A stretch of 64,000 nt of DNA from Desulfosudaceae bacterium (GTDB taxonomy: Bacteria; Desulfobacterota; Desulfobacteria; Desulfobacterales; Desulfosudaceae). Of this stretch, positions 57,891-64,000 are shown piece after piece; the stretch's first letter is position 1; each line of letters starts with the position of its first letter. The translations under genes were made by a program, and so were the position numbers. Below the pieces are notes generated by a model. It searched no databases. It saw only the letters and a program-made list of their open reading frames with translations, and was not told the DNA's origin. The stretch covers positions 1,376,001 to 1,440,000 of the forward strand of contig CAXXDV010000001.1 in assembly GCA_963674745.2 (NCBI GenBank), given 5' to 3'.

Positions 57891-58223
57891 CTAAAAGTCG
57901 AATTTTTCCGGCGGCCGCCGCTCCGGGACATATTCGTGCGGCATTTTACCGTCATTCCAGGCCCGGGAAACGTAAAGCGCACAATAGCAGCTGCCGTATT
58001 CGGCCACATCCGGCTCACGGTACTCACAAGGGCAGATGATGTCTTTGTCTTTTTCCCGGTCTCCGGAAGCCAACCGGCAGGGACAGGACATGTAACCGTA
58101 GCGGTCCTTGTTGACCAGAAGCGATTCCAGCAGGTCCATGATAAGCGCCCGGTCCTTGTTAAAAAAATAGCCCTTGGGTTCCTGAATTTTTTTCAATTGT
58201 TCAAAAAGTTGTTCTTTATCCAT
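57891..58223 (-). CDS. Ferredoxin:thioredoxin reductase catalytic-subunit-like protein
   Basis: CPCR, CPC and CYC motifs. Confidence 0.9.
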   Translation of the reverse strand: MDKEQLFEQLKKIQEPKGYFFNKDRALIMDLLESLLVNKDRYGYMSCPCRLASGDREKDKDIICPCEYREPDVAEYGSCYCALYVSRAWNDGKMPHEYVPERRPPEKFDF

Positions 58224-58477
58224 TACAGCCCCAGCGCCTCTCTGATTTCGTTTTCCTTGAATCCCACAATTACATTTTCGCCGATGATGATGGTCGGAAA
58301 TGTGCAGCGGGGATTGTATTTTTTGACCTCTTCGATGAGGGCCTTACGCTCTTCTCCCTGTCTTAAGTCAACGTCAACAGCGTCATAGTCAACGTTGCAC
58401 TGTTTCAGGAAGCTTTTGGTCGATTTGCAATGGCTGCAGGTGCTTAATGTGTAGAGCTTTACGTCCGGTGTGGTCAT
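58223..58477 (-). CDS. Glutaredoxin (NrdH-like)
   Basis: YTLSTCSHC, TFPTIIIG. Confidence 0.9.
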   Translation of the reverse strand: MTTPDVKLYTLSTCSHCKSTKSFLKQCNVDYDAVDVDLRQGEERKALIEEVKKYNPRCTFPTIIIGENVIVGFKENEIREALGL

Positions 58478-58607
58478 TATTGGTCTCCTCTTTTTGAAAC
58501 AGATGTGTCTTGATGGACTCGGAACAGCCGAATTCCGGGTTGCAAATTAAAAAAAGAGCTAGATCAAGGCGTTACGAATCTCAAGGGATGCCGCTTTTAC
58601 TGTTCCA

Positions 58608-58811
58608 TCATTCCGGCATTTGGCACTCCTTGTTCCATTCAGGGCAGACATCTTTCATTTCAGCCTGATATTTGGCCATGCACTCGGAACACTCCAGTTC
58701 AACGTTCGGCACGGCACCGAAACGTTCCATCATCTCTCTTCGGGTTAAATTGGAAACCGCACTGCACCCGCATTGCGGGCAGGCGTGTTTCATTTGAAAA
58801 CGCTGGGCCAT
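58608..58811 (-). CDS. Small Cys-rich (zinc-ribbon-like) protein
   Basis: CPQC and CSEC; RBS AAGGAG. Confidence 0.65.
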   Translation of the reverse strand: MAQRFQMKHACPQCGCSAVSNLTRREMMERFGAVPNVELECSECMAKYQAEMKDVCPEWNKECQMPE

Positions 58812-58825
58812 GTTTTTCTCCTTGT

Positions 58826-59497
58826 TTAACAGTTAATGATTGCTCCGATTGATATTCTTTCCAGCCGCTGATCCCGATACAACACAAAAACCTGATCATC
58901 ATTCGCCATGCTGCGCAAAACCGGTTTCAAAATATCACTGTCCAGGGCCGTTGCCGCCCAGGCGGCATGTCCCCGGATATCGGTATCCGGGGAGGCCAGA
59001 TAGGGCGGTAAAAATTTTTTCGTCGGTCCCATCAGTTTCGGCCTGATGCGGGCCAGTCGCCCGATGGCCCATAACAATCCCGGCTGCAACGCTTCCAGTT
59101 CCAGGTAGTTCTCGTCGGGCGACAGGTACGAAATCAAAATGGCGTGAAACTCTTCGGCCAGCCGCTGATGACGGGCCATGATTTCCCCCATTGATTCGGG
59201 TGCGCCCCAGCCGATCCCCCCGGACTCGTCATTCAGGCTCCACATCAGGCGGCGCATGATCACCCGGGCGGATTCCATATCCTTGTCGGCTAATCCGGCC
59301 ACCAGTCGACCGATGGCTGTAACCGCCCGCCATTTTTCAATGGGCTCCGGGCTGTAAAGCATTGACAGCAAAGGATTGATCAGGCGCCGGGCCGGTTGTT
59401 GCAACAAATCCGGCGGCATTTCCTCGCTGGCGTTCCCTATTAACCACTCCCGGACCAGGATTTTTAACTGCCGGTTGGACGGGTTGCAGGCGTTCAT
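58826..59497 (-). CDS. DVU0298-family HEAT-repeat protein
   Basis: RRLMWSLNDESGGIGWGAPESMGEI. Confidence 0.8.
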   Translation of the reverse strand: MNACNPSNRQLKILVREWLIGNASEEMPPDLLQQPARRLINPLLSMLYSPEPIEKWRAVTAIGRLVAGLADKDMESARVIMRRLMWSLNDESGGIGWGAPESMGEIMARHQRLAEEFHAILISYLSPDENYLELEALQPGLLWAIGRLARIRPKLMGPTKKFLPPYLASPDTDIRGHAAWAATALDSDILKPVLRSMANDDQVFVLYRDQRLERISIGAIINC

Positions 59498-59499
59498 AC

Positions 59500-59700
59500 C
59501 TATTCCCAATCAATACAACGCTGGGGACAATTTTTTATGGCTTCGTTTACCGCTTCTTCCGGATATTCCTCAAGGTCGCTTACTTCTATGAAGCCAACGT
59601 CATTGATCTTAAAAACCTGCGGACAGACGCTGGTGCAGACTTCACACAGGATACACTCGCTCAACTCGACTACCGGCCGCCTGACAGGGCTTTTGTTCAC
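59500..59700 (-). CDS. Single-cluster ferredoxin
   Basis: CILCEVCTSVCP...CP..CI. Confidence 0.9.
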   Translation of the reverse strand: MNKSPVRRPVVELSECILCEVCTSVCPQVFKINDVGFIEVSDLEEYPEEAVNEAIKNCPQRCIDWE

Positions 59701-60896
59701 GTTTGTACCAACCGCTGGTTTAGGGCCTGACCGATTTTACGGCCGAAATCCCGGCATTCATCCAGTGCTTTTTCGTCCGGCACATACTGGATCTTTAACC
59801 CGGGCTCGATCATGTCAAACTTCATTTCTTCCAGCGCCTTGTAGATGTGCGATACCGACTCGCCGCTCCAGCCGTACGAGCCAAAGGCGGCCCCGATTTT
59901 GTTTTTCGGCCGCAGTCCTTTCATGTAAACCAGCAGGTCCATGACCGTGGGAAAGACATTGTTGTTCAGCGTCGGCGAACCGACAACAATGGCGCCGGCC
60001 TCCAGGACTTCCGTCATGACCTCGCTGCGGTCGCTGTGTCGCAGGCTTATGGGCCGGGCCGCAACGCCCTCTTCCGATAAACCTTCGGCAATGATTTCGG
60101 CCATGCGTTCGGTGCTGTGCCACATGGAGTCGTAAACCACCACCGCCTTTTTTGTCGGTTCATGTTGACTCCAGCGGACATAGGCATCAACAATCCGGCC
60201 GGGGTCCGAGCGCCAGATAATACCATGGTCGGGACAGATCATGCGGAACTTCAGCCCCAGATCGGCCACGGCGGCGATCACCTTTTTGATTTTTTCCGTA
60301 TACAGCAGAAGGATGTTGGCAAAATATTTCGCGGCATGGGGCATGATCGCGTCGCCCAGCTCATCATCGAACTTTTCAGGCCCGGCATAATGCTGGCCGA
60401 AGGCGTCGCTGGAAAAGAGGATACCGTCTTCGGCGTCGTAGGTGAACATGCTGTCCGGCCAGTGCATCATCCGGGTTTCCAGAAACGTCAGGGTGCGTTT
60501 TCCCAACTTGAGGGTCTCTCCGTTTTCCACGGCGTGGAAGTTCCAGCCCTGGGGAAAATGCATGGACAGGTTTTTCTGCCCCATTTTGGAAACATACAGG
60601 GGTTTGTCCTCCCCGATCTTGTGCATAATCCGCGGCAGGCTGCCGGAATGGTCCATTTCAGTGTGATTGCTGATCATGTAGTCAATTTTTTTAGGATCAA
60701 CAACCCGAGAAATATTTTCCAGCAGTGCGTCGGCATGTTCTTTTTTGACCGTGTCGATCAAAGCGATCTTTTCATCCACGATCAGAAAAGCGTTGTATGT
60801 TGAACCGCGATGGGTCGAGTACCCGTGAAAATCCCGGATATTCCAGTCTACCGCCCCGACGTTGTATATCCCCGGAGCAATTTCTATGGCCGCCAT
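59697..60896 (-). CDS. fprA: Flavodiiron protein (rubredoxin:oxygen/NO oxidoreductase)
   Basis: GSTYNAFLI, NHTEMDHSG, HWPDSM, SSDAFGQH, flavodoxin domain AFGSYGWSG. Confidence 0.95.
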   Translation of the reverse strand: MAAIEIAPGIYNVGAVDWNIRDFHGYSTHRGSTYNAFLIVDEKIALIDTVKKEHADALLENISRVVDPKKIDYMISNHTEMDHSGSLPRIMHKIGEDKPLYVSKMGQKNLSMHFPQGWNFHAVENGETLKLGKRTLTFLETRMMHWPDSMFTYDAEDGILFSSDAFGQHYAGPEKFDDELGDAIMPHAAKYFANILLLYTEKIKKVIAAVADLGLKFRMICPDHGIIWRSDPGRIVDAYVRWSQHEPTKKAVVVYDSMWHSTERMAEIIAEGLSEEGVAARPISLRHSDRSEVMTEVLEAGAIVVGSPTLNNNVFPTVMDLLVYMKGLRPKNKIGAAFGSYGWSGESVSHIYKALEEMKFDMIEPGLKIQYVPDEKALDECRDFGRKIGQALNQRLVQT

Positions 60897-60898
60897 GA

Positions 60899-61060
60899 TT
60901 ATTCCTCTTTTGAGAATTCATCCTTGCTGGCGCCGCAGATCGGGCATTCCCAGTCATCCGGAAGGTCTGCAAAGGCCGTCCCGGGATTGACACCGTTGTC
61001 CGGATCACCCTCGGCCGGGTCATAAATATAGCCGCACACATTACATACATACTTGTCCAT
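60899..61060 (-). CDS. rub: Rubredoxin (53 aa; absent from the ORF track)
   Basis: Manual translation [53 protein letters not shown]. Confidence 0.97.
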   Translation of the reverse strand: MDKYVCNVCGYIYDPAEGDPDNGVNPGTAFADLPDDWECPICGASKDEFSKEE

Positions 61061-61122
61061 AATTTTTCTCCTTTAAAAATATAAAGCGTTTAAATGCCGT
61101 TGTCATAGTAAATAGGGCCATG

Positions 61123-61172
61123 AGGGTTCCAGGATTCAGGGGGGTTCTTGACCCCTTGAATCCTGGAACCCT
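61123..61172. terminator. Long intergenic hairpin
   Basis: AGGGTTCCAGGATTCAGGGG / CCCCTTGAATCCTGGAACCCT. Confidence 0.6.
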
Positions 61173-61844
61173 TTATAATACCGCCTCTTTAAGGGCATCA
61201 AGCCCCAGGCGATCAATCATCGCGCCGATACGTTCCACCTTTTTGGCGTTTTCTTTATAATAAGCGACCACTTTTTCAATCAGTTGCAGTGCCTGGTCGG
61301 AATCGATGTCTTCGATCAGGGTGTCGGCCAACCGGGGTCTTCCCGTGCCTTTACCACCCACGGTCAGCACCCAGCCGTCTTTTTTACCGTACAGGCCGAT
61401 ATCCTTGATGCAGTTTTCCGCGCACTGGTTCCGGCAGCCGCTGACACCGATTTTGGTTTTGCTGGGCAAATCCATGCCGTGATAAATTTCATCCAGCTTC
61501 ATGCCCATGCCCAGGCTGTCCTGCTGGCCCAGTCGGCAGAAGGCCGTTCCGGGGCAGGCTTTGACGCTCCTGACGCACATACCCACCGCGTGACCGGGCG
61601 GAATACCCAGGTCATCCCAAACCGCGTCAATATCCGATTCCTTGATACCAACCACGGCGATGCGTGCCGCGCTGGTCACTTTCAGTGCCGCGGCATTGTA
61701 TTTTTCAGCGACGTCGGCCAGCTTTCGCAGTTGATCCGGCGTGACCACGCCGCAGGCCAGATGCGGGGCGATGGCGTATGTCTCCTTGTCCCGCTGCAGT
61801 ACAGCCCCTTTTTCTCCGTCTTTCAGACGGGTTGTTTCACTCAT
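61173..61844 (-). CDS. Nitrite/sulfite-reductase-like 4Fe-4S domain protein
   Basis: LQRDKETYAIAPH, VRSVKACPGTAFC, GVSGCRNQC. Confidence 0.88.
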   Translation of the reverse strand: MSETTRLKDGEKGAVLQRDKETYAIAPHLACGVVTPDQLRKLADVAEKYNAAALKVTSAARIAVVGIKESDIDAVWDDLGIPPGHAVGMCVRSVKACPGTAFCRLGQQDSLGMGMKLDEIYHGMDLPSKTKIGVSGCRNQCAENCIKDIGLYGKKDGWVLTVGGKGTGRPRLADTLIEDIDSDQALQLIEKVVAYYKENAKKVERIGAMIDRLGLDALKEAVL

Positions 61845-61863
61845 ACTTGCTCCTCTCCTCTCT

Positions 61864-62598
61864 TTAATCAAAAGCCATGTCGGTCTTCCAAACCTCCCAA
61901 ACCTTGCCGACCAGGTCCGGTCCCGGCTTTAAGGTCAATTTACCGGGCTGCCAGCCTGAAGGCGTGGCTTCGGTTCCCTTGCTCTTGCGAACGTGCTGAA
62001 AGGCCTGAATCTGCCGCAGGCTTTCACTTACATTTCGTCCAACCGGCGGGGTCAACACTTCAAAACCCTGAACCACGCCGTCGGGATCGATGATAAAACG
62101 GCCCCGGGTTTCCACACCGGCGTCTTCGTCGTAAATGCCATAGGCCGTTCCAACCCGTCCGCCGGCATCCGACAACATGGGGAACGGTACCCCGCCCTTG
62201 ACCATTTTGGAAATTTCGTTATCATCCCACATTTTATGCACAAACATACTGTCAATACTCATGGAAAGGACTTCTACCCCCAGTTTTTTGAACTCACTGT
62301 ATTTTTCAGCAACTGCTGAAATTTCAGTCGCTCAGACAAAGGTGAAGTCACCGGGATAAAAGCACAGCACAACCCATTTACCAAGGTAGTCCGACAGTTT
62401 AACATTGATGAATTTGCCTTTTTGATAGGCCGGTGCGGTAAAATCCGGGGCCTTTTGACCGACTTTAATCATTGGAGCCTCCTTCTTGGGTTGTTGTTTC
62501 TGTTTTTCAGCGTCTTTTTCAGGGGGTTTTTCGCCGACTACGCCGCCGGTAGGCCTGGCACAGCCGACCTTGATTTCTTTTTCCTTTGCTTTTGCCAT
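61864..62598 (-). CDS. prxU: Selenocysteine-containing peroxiredoxin (AhpC/PrxU)
   Basis: Two in-frame ORFs joined by TGA at 62332-62334 in [13 protein letters not shown], the peroxidatic position. Confidence 0.93.
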
Positions 62599-62660
62599 AG
62601 ACGATTCCTTTGTTAATGATTGAGTATTGACTTGCATTATACGCTTTTTATCTTTCTTGT

Positions 62661-62773
62661 AGTCGTAAAAAGGTCAAGCCCCATCTTAAAATTTGGGGGC
62701 GCGCACATCCTGAGGAATGCAGCGCAACGCAGCCGGCCGCCATGCGGCAGTCGGGCTTTTTACGAAGCCATCA
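62661..62773. repeat. Dispersed palindromic intergenic repeat
   Basis: TCGTAAAAAG...GGCGCGCA..TCCTGAGGAATGCAGCG...CTTTTTACGA; core shared with 5262-5320, fragments near 8120 and 58560. Confidence 0.6.
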
Positions 62774-63109
62774 TTCTTTATGGCATTCGGTGCATTTGAC
62801 CGGCCCGGCTTTCTGACCCGCCTTGGCCAGCTTCTTGTGACAGCCCTGGCATTGTCTCATGACCTGCATTTTTTTGAGCGTACCGGTTTCTTTTAATTGA
62901 ACGATGACACCGGCTTCCTGAGGGAACAGGTTGTGACACTGCTCGCAGTCACCCAGCACCTTCTGGTGAAGCTCATGGGGAAGGGTTACGTCGGCCTTTT
63001 TGCCGCCGGGAATAACCAGCGTCGGCGCGCCCATGTTTTTTTCCGCGGCAACCGCAGCCACCATCATCAGAATCGTTGAGATAACAATTAAAAAACCGGT
63101 TTTTTTCAT
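62771..63109 (-). CDS. Small periplasmic triheme cytochrome c (c3/c7-like)
   Basis: Signal peptide; CEQCH, CQGCH, CTECH. Confidence 0.9.
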   Translation of the reverse strand: MKKTGFLIVISTILMMVAAVAAEKNMGAPTLVIPGGKKADVTLPHELHQKVLGDCEQCHNLFPQEAGVIVQLKETGTLKKMQVMRQCQGCHKKLAKAGQKAGPVKCTECHKE

Positions 63110-63131
63110 TAGAGCAACCCCTTTTCGAGTA

Positions 63132-64000
63132 TTAATATTCCAGGTCATCTTCCGTAATCTTTCCCTTGAATAGCAGATAAGCCCATGTCTGATAACCGAT
63201 CACCACCGGGATAACCAGTATAACCACCACCAGCATGATTTTCAAGGTCAGCGGGCTGGAAGAGGCATTGTAGGCCGTTAAATGAAACTGGTCACCCATG
63301 CTCGAGGGAAACAGCCTCGGAAACAGACCGATGATCCCGAAAAATGTGCACAGCACAATGGTCAGGGCCGATGAGAACCAGGCTTTGGCCCAGGCCTGTT
63401 TTTTTAAAAAGAGCTTAATCCCCAGCAGGGCGACGACGTCCGCCAGTAAAACAATAAACAGGGCCGGGTGGGCCAGGTAATTGTCATACAGGTCGGTGGC
63501 CGTCCAGGTGGCGATCAGAAAAACAACCGCCAGAACAAGAAGAACATACCAGACTTTATTCGCGGCTGCCACGGTTCGATCATGAAGTTCGCCTTCCGTT
63601 TTCATGCACAGCCATAATGCGCCGTGCTGAATGAACAGGACCAGAAACAACGCCCCGCCCAGCAGTCCATAGGGATTAAGTAAAGAAAACAGGGTGCCGT
63701 AATAGCCCTGGTCATCAAAAGGCAGGCCTTTGAAAATATTGGCAAAAGCCACGCCGAACAACAGGGCCGGCGCCGCGCTGCCGATAAAAATAGTGGTGTC
63801 CCAGACTTTTTTCCAGGCAGGATGGTCAATTTTACCCCGGAACTCAAAAGAAACGCCCCGTATGATCAGGGCAAATAGAATCAGCATCAGGGCCGAGTAA
63901 AGCGAGGAAAACATGGTGGCATAAACAAGCGGAAAAGCGGCAAAGGTGACGCCGCCGGCAGCAACCAGCCAGACTTCGTTGCCGTCCCACAGGGGACCGA
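63132..64000 (-). CDS. cydB: Cytochrome bd oxidase subunit II (5' end outside the window)
   Basis: GPLWDGNEVWL..AGG..FAAFP, RGVSFEFR, ASSSPLTL. Confidence 0.95.
   Translation of the reverse strand, partial: GPLWDGNEVWLVAAGGVTFAAFPLVYATMFSSLYSALMLILFALIIRGVSFEFRGKIDHPAWKKVWDTTIFIGSAAPALLFGVAFANIFKGLPFDDQGYYGTLFSLLNPYGLLGGALFLVLFIQHGALWLCMKTEGELHDRTVAAANKVWYVLLVLAVVFLIATWTATDLYDNYLAHPALFIVLLADVVALLGIKLFLKKQAWAKAWFSSALTIVLCTFFGIIGLFPRLFPSSMGDQFHLTAYNASSSPLTLKIMLVVVILVIPVVIGYQTWAYLLFKGKITEDDLEY

Noticed and set aside
62332..62334. Peroxiredoxin as a nonsense pseudogene
   Set aside because: The TGA falls exactly on the catalytic residue and both halves are intact, which is typical of selenocysteine recoding.

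Overview
This window looks like DNA from a sulfate-reducing Desulfobacterales-like bacterium (inferred from gene content and repeat families). Left part (1-11.5 kb): a sensor kinase, a sigma54-driven outer-membrane protein, a B12/radical-SAM protein and a complete nqrABCDEF operon with small palindromic elements in its gaps. Right part (51-64 kb, minus strand): gltA-acnA-korAB and an oxygen-defence cluster (cydB, small cytochrome c, selenocysteine peroxiredoxin, rubredoxin, flavodiiron protein, ferredoxin, glutaredoxin, FTR). The centre (12-51 kb) is the striking part. A c-di-GMP-I (GEMM-I) riboswitch controls an operon of a transglutaminase, a 1941-aa secreted Ig-repeat protein, a non-catalytic rhodanese and a 4153-aa signal-peptide-bearing adhesin-Rhs toxin. 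Facing this operon head-on is an array of six silent Rhs toxin-tip/immunity cassettes. Every tip starts at exactly the same nucleotide (the PGQY codons of the Rhs core) and is fused to a conserved non-coding repeat. That repeat is a copy of the sequence just downstream of a primase-helicase plus tandem tyrosine-recombinase module at the head of the array. A second repeat set, tied to an HUH-transposase remnant, marks the 3' cassette boundaries. The layout suggests a recombinase-driven, integron- or shufflon-like system for capturing or swapping toxin tips. The repeats and junctions are seen directly; the mechanism is inference.
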